From Azolla caroliniana (lineage: Eukaryota > Plantae > Polypodiophyta): a stretch of 64,000 nt of DNA. Location of the stretch: assembly GCA_043228905.1 (NCBI GenBank), contig JBHGNT010000014.1:14508001-14572000 (forward strand), in the 5' to 3' direction. Under the pieces are notes generated by a model, which was given only the letters and a program-made list of their open reading frames with translations, was not told where the DNA came from and made no database searches. This document shows positions 37,418 to 49,600 of the stretch, piece after piece. A program made the translations under genes and the position numbers. Within the stretch, counting starts at the first letter, position 1. The number at the start of each line of letters is the position of its first letter.

Positions 37418-37873
37418 CTTTGTGTGTGCGTGGAACACCGGGTTCCTAGCCAGATATATACTGCTCATGTTGTTGCAGTAAATGTGAGTCAGATCCTTGA
37501 TGGGGACGCCCAGATCCTTCAAAATCCTCTTGAGCCATACGGCTTCACATGCAGCTACGGCTGCGCCCTTGTATTTGGCCTCCGTACTCGAAAGAGCTAC
37601 AGTTGGTTGCTTTCTTGCTACTCCACGAAATTGCTCCCTACCAAGGGAGAAGACAAAACCAGAGGTTGATCGTTTATCGGCTTTGTAGCCGGCCTAGTCT
37701 GCATCCGTGTACCCTTCGAGTCGAATTGGTATGGCCGATGCGTAAAGGATGTTGTAATCCATTGTGCCGCTCACGTTTTGTAATACTCGCTTAGTGCAAT
37801 CGAAATGGATATCTCGCAGAGTTTGCATGAATTGGCTAAGGACGCTGATAGGATAGTTGAGGTCGGGTCGCGT

Positions 37874-38914
37874 TGTCGTGAAAATCCGTCACTATGCGTG
37901 GATCGTGAGGCGGAACCGCCGGGGTTCTGGACCGGAAGGATTCAAAGTCGATACAAGCTTTGGCGTAAGCTTTAGTGAGAAAGTACTTAAGATAGATTGG
38001 GAAAGAGAGAAGTTGAGATCACACGATTGAGAGAGATTGATTGAAGTTTTAACTTTAGATTTAAGAAACAAGTTACACGATCAATTTGATAACGAATTTC
38101 TTCCTCTTAATTTTCATAAAAAAAACCGTGTTTTTTCTCCTCCCCCTTCCCTCTTTTATAGATGCTCTCATGCATATGATGCATGTGAGGGTACAAGACA
38201 TGCATAAATTGCATGTTTGCCATTTGGCGCTTATGTATTACATGTGGTGCATGATAACCATGTCACTCAGTTTAGTTCTCATGTATGAGAATTTACATGT
38301 AAAAGTACAATGATAGAAATAAAATTTCAACTAAATAGCATGGCTTAATGGTAAGCCAATTGACTCCTAACTTGGAGGTGCAAGGTTCGAATCCTTACTT
38401 GCCCTCCTTGTATATGTAAATATGTATATATATTTATTTATCTAGTCGCCGGACGCCGGTTCGCCAGATACCGTCGCCGGTTTGCCGCCGGATCACCGGC
38501 TCCATCGCCGGTCCGGTTTTGGTTGGCCAAAACCCTTTACGAGTAGCTAGCCCACCTCCACTCTTAGTTCAAGCTACCTTGAACTCTCTATGCTCCACAC
38601 ATAATGCTCCACACATAGACACAAAGATAATATCTTTTGCTCCACCTTATATATGATGAGAGTTGTATTTGTCGTGCCTATGTGGGATATCTTACAATTT
38701 TCTCCTTTCCTTTTACAAACTTTATACCCTCATATCTTGACATTTAGTTGTCCGTTTCTCGTGTAATAAAGTGCATTCGAAACCTCTATCATTTTGTACT
38801 TAGATATTAAATCTATTTAAAATGTTATCTTCACAATTATTGTACTACGTGATTTATACTCGATTTCGTACGTTTTATGGGATCTTCACACTATTGCCGA
38901 AAATCTTCACGACA
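37874..38914 (-). mobile_element. Gypsy-type solo LTR (TGTCG-terminus group), 4-bp TSD GCGT
   Basis: tgtcgtgaaaat...atcttcacgaca; GCGT on both sides; interrupts Copia C RT at YLTIT|RPDL. Confidence 0.87.
38334..38405 (+). ncRNA. tRNA-like Pol III module inside an LTR (not a canonical tRNA)
   Basis: Consensus A-box TGGCTTAATGG 38341-38351 and B-box GGTTCGAATCC 38384-38394; D-stem ggctt/aagcc; anticodon stem does not pair. Confidence 0.65.
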
Positions 38915-39888
38915 GCGTGATCGTGAGATAGGTGAGGCTCCCGATCAGTTGTCGATATTGAGTCGGCTCGCACTCGTCTGTGCCGGAGTCGGCATCTAGT
39001 TTGAGGTTTTGATTGAGAGGGGTTACCACAGATTTGCACTCTGTCATCCTGAACTTGTATAATAAGTTGAGAATGTAGTGCTGTTGAGAGATCATAATGC
39101 CGGCCAGAATCCGAATTACTTTGATGCCTAGGAAGTAATGAAGCTCCTTCATGTCTGTCATCTCGAATTTGTTGGAGAGGAGGGACTTCACCTTGTTGAT
39201 GTCGACTAAACTTTCACCTCCAATGCCCAGATCATCCACGTATAGGATTATCACAGTTGAGCTTCTAGAGTCGTTTCGTACGTAGAGGGAGTTGTCAGAT
39301 TTCAACATTCGAAATCCGAAATCTTCGAATGCCAAGCACGCGGTGCTTGCTTGAGGCCATAGAGTGGCTTCTTGAGTCGGCACACGACTTTCGGATGAGT
39401 ACGCGATTCGATGCCGGGTGGTTGTACCATGTACATTTCCTCTTCTAATTCTCCTTGAAGAAAGGCGTTCTTTACGTCCATCTGATGGAGGTGCCACCCT
39501 TTCGCCGCTGCGAGTGCAGTTACGGTCCGCACAATTGTCATCTTTGCCACCGGGGCAAATGTCTCTTCGTAGTCGACTCCATGTGTTTGTGCGTATCCTT
39601 TCGATATGAGTAAAGCTTTGTAGCGGTTTACGGAGCCGTCGACGTTATACTTCACCAAGTAGATCCATCTGCAACCAATCACCTTCTTGTATTGTGTGTG
39701 GGGAACAAGATCCCATGTTTTGTTCTTGCAAAGTGCCCGCATCTCCACGTTCATTGCTTTGACCCATTGCGGGTCCTTCATGGCTTTGGAAAAGGTTTCC
39801 ATCTCCCGTATTGTCGCTACCTTCATCATAATGGCGTAATGGTATGCCATATAATCGATGTAGCTAAATCAGCTCACAGGGTTCTTTT

Positions 39889-40754
39889 TGATGAGGTATA
39901 GACACGTAAGAGTGTAACACGCGTCACGTTTTATGCTCGATTATAATGAAAAAAGAAACACAAGAAACACACACAATGGCACAACAAAGATTACACAAGA
40001 TTTAACGTGGAAAAACCCTCAATGAGGGAAACAACCACGGGACAAAAGTCCAAAACCAATCCACTATCAAGAAAGAGATACAACACAAAGTACAAGTTCT
40101 ACTTCTAGATATACTAGAAATATGTAGAGATATGTAGCATAATACTACCGACAAAAATGGTACAATAATCCAAAGGGATAAGACTATCTCTCAAGCATAT
40201 AGTAGAAAAGAAGAGAGAAGAAAACCCGGATAAGAATGTCCACAAGTCGAAGTAGTAGCCGTGTAGATCTCACGTTGAGTAGCGGAGATGGAAAGAAGAT
40301 TAAGAGTAGATGAGTCGAGCACCAAGCTTCACCAAGCTCCACCAAGCTTCACCAAGCTCCACCAAGCTCCACCAAGCTCAGCTTCACCAAGCTTCACCAA
40401 GCTTCACTAAGCTTCTCTATGCTTCACAATGCTTCACTCTCCTTCACGCTCTCATACCTTGTTCTCATCTCTTCCCATATATATATATCTTCTTTCCACC
40501 TTCTCTTTGTCTCTCTCAAAACAAAAACGGTCGTTTTGTTTTGTTTTACTCTTTATTATTATTATTACTATTATTATTTTCTTTCTTTACTCACTAAAAA
40601 ATGTAACTTACATTTACCCTTTTAAAGGATAAAGTAAGGGTAATAATTACTAAAGAAACAAAACTTTTGTTTTGTTTCATATTACTATCTAATAATAATA
40701 ATAATAAATGTTATTAAAAAAAAACAAAACAAAATAGTGACCGGATAATTAACA
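39889..40754 (-). mobile_element. Copia-type solo LTR, TSD CTTTT, with internal (CACCAAGCTY)n array at ~40318-40415
   Basis: TG...CA ends; CTTTT on both sides; shares the acgtggaaaa-ccc...ggg-aaccacgg motif with Copia D, F and H LTRs. Confidence 0.85.
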
Positions 40755-43700
40755 CTTTTCACGGGTGGATCGACGAGGCTTCTCGTTTGCGGATACTAAG
40801 GCTTTCTTCGCTCCATTTGTCCGAATGTCAAGGCCTTTGAACTCACTATCGAGGGAGTGAGTCGATTTGTTGCCGTCGAAGTGATTGTCTTCATACTCCG
40901 GCATTTTCGCCTTCCCTTTGTCCAACGTCGGACTCGGCCGAGATGTGCTTTGATCGCTTGAAGGTTCTTGTGGCCCACTAAGCCTTATCATAATCGGGCT
41001 TTCTTCGAACATGTGTGTGAGCTGATCTTCGGCTTCTATCTCTATTTCGGCGGAATCAAAGGCAAAGTTGTCTCTAGTGCGTACCAAAATGTGGACTCAT
41101 CGAAAACGACGTCTCGATTTACTCGAGATTTTCGAGTTGAGGGGTTATAGCACTTGTACCCCTTTTGCTCTAGTGAGTATCCTACAAGGATACATTTCTC
41201 TGACTCCGGGTCAAGCTTTTGTCGCTTCTTGTCGGGGATGTGCATGTACCAATGGAGCTGAATATTCGAACATGTGATAGGTCCGGCCCCTTTCCGAAAA
41301 ACTTCTCGTGCGGAGTAAGTTCGTGCACACCCGATGTCGTACACCGATTCATGAGGTATACGGCCGTGTTAGCCGCTTCTGCCCAGTATGACTTCGGCAT
41401 GTGCTTTTCGTTAATCATGGCCCGTGGTACTTCGAGGATGTGCCGATTCTTTCGTTCGGCGACTCCATTTTGTTGTGGCGTATGTCGACACGAAAACTCT
41501 CACCGAATTCCTTCTTTCCGTAGAAGTACTCTTTGCCTCCATCTGACCGAAGACATTGTACATGTCGGCCCGTGGCTTTCTCGACTTCATTCTTAAATTT
41601 TTGGAAGTATCTGAACACTTCGCTCTTTTGCTGCATGGGGTAGATCTAGGTGTGCCTGGAGAAGTCGTCGATGAAGGCCACGTAGTATCTGCATCCGCCG
41701 AATGTAGCCGTCTGAGTTGAACCCCATACATCGGAATGAATTACGTCGAGTACGCCTTTGCTCACATTTCACTCCTTCGGAAATGGGTGCCGATGTTGCT
41801 TGCCGAATTGGAAAGTGACACACATGCCTTCAAACTCTTTCTCCCTGAATTTCGGGAGTCCGATGACGACTCCTTTCAATTGCATTGCCTTCAACTTTTG
41901 GAGGTTGATATGGCCAATCCACTTATGCCATAACTCTATGTCGGAATTGGCTTTTGTGCGCTTTGCGAACATGGCCGATTTCATCTCGTGCGAGTTGAGA
42001 ATGAACATTCGGCCCTCTCTTTGTCTGCGAGCGATGAGTCGACCCTCTTTTTCAATGAAGTAACCACCTTGATTAAATCGTACTTGCATCCCTTGCTCAA
42101 CAATTTGGCCGATGAAGATCAAATTCTTCGTAATGGTTGGTACATGCAAGACAATCTTAATAAAAGTTTGGTTACCTTCTTTGCCAAATGGGACATTGCC
42201 AATGTGTCGAATCGGATGCGTAGTGTCGTCTCCGGTTTCAACATAGCCGGGTCATTCTGGCTCTCGAAGTTCTCGGAACCATTCTTGATGAGACGTCATA
42301 TGGTTCGAGGCATTGGAGTCGACAAACCATACGTCTTCCGAACTAGAGGCACTAGTTGAAGTAAAAGCCGATATAGAATTTGCTCTATGTCTTATCACGA
42401 GCATTCCACCACGACCGTCATAGTCGGAGTTGGTGGCGTGGTTGGTGAGTTGTCGGCTAGTGGAAGCTGACTCACGTATCTTCTTACCGTACTCTTCTTC
42501 GTGGTGACAGATTTTTCCGCAATATCCGTATTCGACCGAGTTTTATCGGCTCGGACCGGAATGGAAGCTCCTCCTTCTGAAGGTTCCTCGATGACTTCCA
42601 TCTTGATGCCGAAATTACGAGTTGTTTTCGTAATTCGGGCTTCGTCCGCCTCGTTCTTGACCGAATCGGCCTCTTCTTGCACGACCACGTCCTCTTCCTC
42701 CGTCCGAGTGTGAGTAAAGCATGTGGCCTTCTGAGGTGTTTCTCCTTGTTCGAACATGGTTTTCTTTGATCAACAACATGGATTGAAGATCGAAGAAGGA
42801 GGGCAGATTCTCCCATGCTAATACGGAGGTCCTCATCGCGCCGAACCGTGGTGCAAGGCCGCTGAGGCATATTTGCACCATCTCATCATCGTCCACATTG
42901 ATGCTTATCGAGCCGACCGAGTCACAAAGCTCCTTGATCTTCAAGGTGTACCTTGTGATGGACATATCCCTTTGTTAGATGTTGTTCAACTCTTGGCGGA
43001 GTTGAAGCTTCCTCGGTTGTGTTGGCGGAGAAAATCTTTCGTAGATTCTCCCATGCTTCCTTCAGCATCTCGGCTTCTCGAATGTGGTCGTGAACATATG
43101 TCGCCAAGCAATACATCACGACTTGCCGCTTGCTCCCATTTTGTGTAGTTAGCGTCTTTCGGTCTGGTCGATTTTCTTGTGCTCCTTTGATGTAGCACCA
43201 ATACACTTGGCCGACCAAGTATTGGTGCATCGTGTATTCCCAAGATGCAAAGTTGTTTCTATCTAGCTTCTCGCTAGGGAGAGCACTCCCCATTTGAGTA
43301 TTCATTATGTTGATGGCACTTTCTTTCTTCTTTTCCTTCTCTCTCGAACATGAGCTATGTAGTTGTACTACGATAGCGATGAGCCGGTTCTTCTTGAACG
43401 TCGGCGTAGAACACACAACATGCAGATGGGCTAGATCGAGCTACCAAACCGCTCTGATACCATGTAAAGAATCGGGTATAATTCTTGTGTAGTGGAAGAG
43501 ATGTGTGTTATGTGCATGTGTGAGAGGAATTAGAGGAGAGAAAAGAGAACACAAGATAGATTCAAAAAAGGAATACTCAAGAAGAAGATGTATATTCACA
43601 AGTAAAGTAAGAGATACAAAAATGTAGCATTACAAGGAGTCACAACCGACTTGGTATGAAGTGTGAGGAGGGTGCTTTATATATAGTCACCCTCTCTCTT

Positions 43701-43889
43701 CATTAACTAACTACAACAACCACTCTCTCTCTTGGGGAATGTGAAGACTCATAGTCATGGGGAATATGTAACTCATTAGTTATGTGTCATAGAATATGAT
43801 TCTATGACACATAGTTAATGTGTAGAGAGTAGTGGTGTGACTCTTGACCTTTGAGTAATCATAGATTCTCAAAAGGTGTGTTCACATGT

Positions 43890-44542
43890 TGTTGTGAAGA
43901 AAACCGTCCCTTAGCGTAATCGGTGTATAGCACGCGTGAACCGGCTCTTCACGCGTGCGCGCCCTTTAATGTATATAATAGGGAATTAAGTACATAGGCA
44001 TATCCGGGGGTAGTTAGATTCGGTAGGTAGGAAGTAAATGAGGGAGACGGCTACCTTCCTGAAGCTATAAAGGAGAGGGAGACGCGGGGAGAAAGGGATC
44101 ACGCATTAAGGAGGACGAAGTGCTGTCAGACCGTAACCGAACGCTTCTCCTCTGTTCGCTCTCCATCGCTCTTCTCTGCAGGGTTTCGGGAGGCTCGCGC
44201 TGCTTCGAGGAACGCCCGTGTGCTTCCGGCAGCACCTCCACCCTTTTCTCCTTTCGTGCGCAGACGAATAGGCATCGGCATCTATTCGCCGGCCTGTTCG
44301 GTTGTAACCGCTCGCGTGCTCTGTTGTGTATTTGATATTCGTTAATATACAAACACTTGTGTCTCCCTGTCTCTGTGTCCATTCGCGTCTTCTGTGTTGA
44401 CGGGCCGTGCCCCCTGTGTTTCTTTGCTCATACGCGACCGGGCGTCTCTCTCTTTCTCTTTCCCCTTCTATCACCTGCTCTTCGGTTCAAGACCCCGGTG
44501 GTTCCGCCTCGTTTCTCCACGCACGCGCGTAGCAACGCGACA
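43890..44542 (+). mobile_element. Gypsy-type solo LTR (TGTCG-terminus group), 4-bp TSD ACGT (left copy atgt)
   Basis: tgttgtg...cgcgaca; empty site ttcacacgttgcac in the sister LTR at ~36450; TATA at ~44065; shares the gaggcggaacc.ccgggg motif (reverse strand) with 37874. Confidence 0.82.
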
Positions 44543-46619
44543 ACGTTGCACTATGTTGAGCTTGATTCTCAACACAACTTAAATTTAAACTATAGTGTAT
44601 GTTACAAGCCTATTGGCTGGTGGGTGAGTTGGCAGAGGTAAAGTCGGCTTTAGCTGATTGATAGCTTGTTGAGTTAGCTGATGTTCGAATCCGATAATAG
44701 TTTATTCAACTTTTGAACTCTAGGCCATCGGCTCTCCATGCACGCTGGTTCTCGTGCTGTTCGATGGATCATTGATCTATTTTCGGTTCCATTCAACCCT
44801 CGATTGTCTCTTGTCCTTTTGGTCCCTTTGCACTCAGTTGCGTCTTCAGCCTTCTGGATGACGAGCTCCTTCGATTTTGCCTTTTTGACTTGTTTGGCCG
44901 TGCTATTCTTCGACTTAGCTTCTGCTCTTCGTTCGACTCTTCTTTGCTCGCGCGCTTGTTGTAGTCCCATCTGTACTCTTAGTGCTTTGAACCATTGATC
45001 TAGGAGTGACTTTGTTAGGTTGTCGGCGATGTTCACCTCGGTATCGACCTTTTGGACTTCGAGCTTCTTGTCAGTGACAATCTCCCGAATATGAAGGTAC
45101 GTCACCTCAATGTGTTTCATCTTAGCATGATATACCAGATTCTGGATGAGGTGTATTGCGCTATGAGAGTCGCAATAGAGGATTGGTACTGGATGGTCGA
45201 TTCAGCTTGTTGCTGAAAAATTGGTCAACAGTCGATGCAACCAAATGGCTTCCTTCGTTGCCTTGGACACGGCTATGTACTCGGCCTTTGTAATCGATAG
45301 GGCTATGCACTCTTGCAATTTTGACCTCCATGATATGGCGCCACTTCCATAAGTGAATATATAGCCTAATGTCAACTTCCGATTGTTGGGATTGCCGGGT
45401 AGTCGGAGTCGATGAAGCCTTCAAATTCGGTTTGATTATCTGATCCGAATGTCAGTTGCAGATATTCAATTCCTCATAGGTACTTGAAGATATTTTTTAT
45501 AGCTTCCCAATGCTTCCTTCAAGGTTTGGAGTTGATGACCCCTACAACATGTGCAAGGTCGGGTTGGGTTGTCACCATTGCGTACATTAGAGTTCCTACG
45601 GCATATGCATAGGGTATTTGGCTCATGAGCTTTCTCTCCTCTTCTGTGGATGGAGAGTCTTTGTCCAATAGTTGATGCAACATTAGGAGTGAAGTTGGTG
45701 CCGGTTTCACGTTCTCCCCGTTGAAAATTCTAAGCACCTTTTGGATATAATAAGACTAGGAGAGTCAGAGGGTCTTTGCTATCCGATTTCGCTTTGTCCT
45801 CATGCCTAATATTTGTCGGGCTGGTTTGAGTTCCTTCATTGAAAACTTGTCGTGAAGGCTCCGTTTTAATCCTTTGTCTCTGTTGATTGCTTCCGACAAT
45901 GAGCATGTCATTGACATATAGGATCAGATAGATCCAAGACTCATTAGCCGATTGCCGGATGTACATGAATGGGTCGGAGTTCGACCGGCTGTAGCCAAGC
46001 TGCCGGATGTAGGTATCGAACTTCTGATACCACATTCTCAGCGCTTGCTTTAGGCCATATAGTCTTTTCTTCAGCTTGCAGATGAGGTGACCTTGGTCCC
46101 CGTCACCGTGAAACTTGCCGGTTGAGACATATAGATGTCTTCATCTAGATCTCCATGAAGGAAACCCGTCTTGACATCTAGTTGTTCAAGCTCTAGGTCT
46201 TCCGTCGCCACGACCCCTAGAAGGAGCCGAAGGGTGGCCATTTTGACTACCAGTGAGAAGATCTCGTCGTCGTGAGAACTTGCATCCGTACTTGATTTTC
46301 ATGTTTCCTCGACTGATCATCCATGACGACTCACTTAGAGTCGTCGGATACCCAGCTTCGGTTAGCAGGCCGATGGAGACTAGATTCCTCTTCAACATGG
46401 GTACATGCCGGACTCAATGCAGGGTGATAGTATTGTTGTTCGGCAATTGGATGGGAACCTCGCCGATCCCTGCGATTACACACTCCTGCCCATTGCCTAG
46501 TCGGACTGTGTCGTTGGCTCCGGCCAAACAGTTCAAGAACCATTTGATGTTGGGGGCCACATTAAATGTGGTGCCGGAGCCTAACAACCACGTTCCTGCG
46601 TCTTGCGGACTATATAGGA

Positions 46620-49600
46620 TGTGAAGGATTACTTGCAGAAGCGTTAGAAAACAGAGAAAGTAGGGAATACACAGAGTACACGGGAGAGACAGAGAGAGTA
46701 GAACGTAAACGCTATATTCAAAATAATATAATCACTCTGTATTTACAACTATGCTCAGTAGCACTATTTATACAAGTCCTCGTGGACTGATAGAAGTACC
46801 GCGTACTTCAATGCTCACACGAGCATCTGACACTTACTACGAGACTATAATTGCCTAGTAGTTTACACTAATACTAGGCTTCCGGTTACTAATTGGATTC
46901 GGCGAACCGGCTCCCCAACTCACCGGCTCTGTTACTTGCCGGCTCGGTTACTCACGGCTTACCGATCCGTCTTGTTTGCCGGCTCAGGCTTATTCAGCCA
47001 ATCCGGCTCCAGTTGAGCTTGCCGCTCAACACTCCCCCTCAAGCTCAACTTGAGGTTGGATCCTAGTGTCAGTCTCTATGGTAGTCGGTTCTTTCAACCG
47101 ACTTCTCCTGGTGTCGCTCCGCCTTGCTCGCGCTCCTCGTCCGGTCCAGTTCTGTTTGCCGCGATCCCTCTTGTTCTGCACGCCTCGACCTTCTCGGTCG
47201 GTATGTTTGCTCAATAGGCCCCTCTCAGCTCCTTCGTTGCTGTGACTCTGGCGCTTATCGATCCATTGGTTCCTCCGCGATGGCATCGACTTCCGCTGCA
47301 TCTGTGTTTGCTTGGCCTTGAATTGATTCGGTTCTTCCGAGTCTGTCTTTTGAACCGAATCAATTGTCTCTGATTCATTCTAGCTCTTGTCTGAATCGGT
47401 TGCTCCCGATTCGTCTTCTGGTTCCAAGCCCTTCACCACATCGGACCATGTCCAGGTCTTGGCCTTCTTCCTTCGGTCGGCTCTATCCTTCTTGACTCTG
47501 CCGCTGCTGCCGCTTGTTCCGACTTGTTCGGATGTGTCAACTTCCCTTGTCAACTCGGCTCCTTTCTTCTTCTTGACTTTCCCTTCATCGGTGCTTCCCT
47601 CACTGGCGCAATCGGTAGTCTCTTTGCCTTCGTCCGTTCCGATGTCCTTACCTGTTCTCCCCCTCACGTGTGGCACGTCGAGATGCTGAACATCAAGCAT
47701 TTTGGTGAAGTGCTGCAACTTGTCTGATCTGAGCGGTTTGGTGAAGATGTCGGCAACCTGCTGATCCGTGTGAACATACCAAAGTTCGACCTCACCGCTC
47801 AAGACACGGTCACGCACAAAGTGATAGTGCACTTCTATGTGCTTTGTGCGAGCATGGAATACGGGGTTCTTGGCGAGTTGCATGCTGCTGATGTTGTCAT
47901 AGTAGACCAGAATCGGGGTCGGGACCTCGATCCATAGGTCTTGCAACAGTCTCCGAAGCCAAATGGCTTCACATGTGGCAATGGTAGCGCTCTGATACTC
48001 AGCCTCAGTGCTCGATAGAGCAACTGTTGGCTGCTTTTTGCTGCTCCACGCAACAGCCGCGCTACCTAGGGAAAACATGTAACTGGAGGTTGATCGACGA
48101 TCGGATGCATCGTCGGCCCAGTCAACATCTGTGTAACCGACCAACTCTTCGGGTATACTGCTTCGGTATAACAGGCCCCGGTCCTTCGGGCCGCTTACAT
48201 ATCGCAGTATCTGATGCGCGCACTGAAGGTGCTCCACGGTCGGCTTCTACATGAACTGACTTATCATTCCGACCGGATAGCTGATGTCGGGTCGCGTGAT
48301 AGTCAAGTAAATAAGGCTTCCGACAATTTGTCGGAACCGAGCAAGCCGGTCCGGAGTTGGGACGAAGCTTCTGGTTCCGGTCCAGGGGTGTGGATACAGG
48401 TCGGCATTCTGTCATGCTGAACTTGTACAACATATTCAAGACGTAATGTCGTTGTGAGAGAAATATGCCGTCCGGGGTTCAGATCACCTCGATCCCTAGA
48501 AAATAATGAAGGTCCCCCAGATCCTTCATCTCAAATGCGTCCGACAACTGGGACTTGACGCAGTTGATTTCTGGAACACCTGGTCTGGTGATGACTAGAT
48601 CATCAATATACAATGGTATACATACCGGACCGGCTGAGCCTTGCCGGATGAACAATGAAGAGTCCGATTTGGAGGCCACAAACCCCATCTTACACAACCG
48701 GTGCGTGATCTTCGCATTCCAAGCTCGAGGGGCTTACTTCAGGCCGAACAATGACTTCTTTAGCCGGCATACCGCCGACTTGTTCATCTCCGATTGAAAA
48801 CCGGGGGGCTGAGTCATAAAGACTTCTTCTTCAAGATCACCTTGAAGAAATGCATTCTTCACATCCATCTGATGAAGATGCCACCCCCTTGCCACAACAA
48901 CCGCCAACACCACTCGAACCGTCGTCATCTTCGCTACAGGAGCGAAGGTCTCGTCGTAGTCGATTCCGTGGGTCTACGCGTATCCCTTCGCCACTAACCG
49001 GGCTTTATACTGGTTAATAGAACCGTCGACGTTGCACTTTACCTTGTATATCCACTTGCATCCGATCGGTTTACAGTGATGAGGAGGGTCAACCAGTTCC
49101 CATGTCTCATTGACATCAAGTGCCTGCATTTCTTCCTCCATAGCGGCACGCCAATTTGCGTCCTTGGCTGCTTCTGCGTAGCTCTCCGGCTCACGCACCT
49201 TTGCCACCTTGGTCATGTACGCATAATGATGCGCCATGTACTCATTGTACCCGTACCGCTTGATGGGATCCTTCTGGCGAGTGGACCGACGTAACTCACC
49301 GTTACCCGGTTTGAGGCCCTTCTTGGCCGGTTCGGTCTTTGTTGCCGAAGATCCGTCTATCTCCTTGTTGGAGTTCGATGCACACCGATCCGACTCATCG
49401 TTGCCAGTTTCGAATTCCGGCATCTTCTTCTTCCCCTTCTCTTTGCGCGTGAACCGTCTCCTAGGTTCCTTGCGCGGGGAGTGCACGACAGAGTCTCCAT
49501 TACTCGTCGGTTCCTCATTGAACTGGTCAGATTGACTCAGTCTCTCGTTCGGCCCTCTCAACCGGAACGATTCCGGACTCTCATCCTGAGTCCACGCTTC

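Larger units (their letters stand above)
30677..44574 (-). mobile_element. Copia C, degenerate. 3' LTR 30677-31078 plus 36426-36483; 5' LTR 43463-43889 plus 44543-44574; TSD CAACT
   Basis: PBS 43450-43462; gag, protease (WFVDSNASNHM), integrase, RT (YVDD) and RNase H fragments; five nested insertions. Confidence 0.9.

Noticed and set aside
38334-38405. Functional tRNA genes (also 14113 and 57720)
   Set aside because: Acceptor and anticodon stems do not pair; reported only as tRNA-like Pol III modules.
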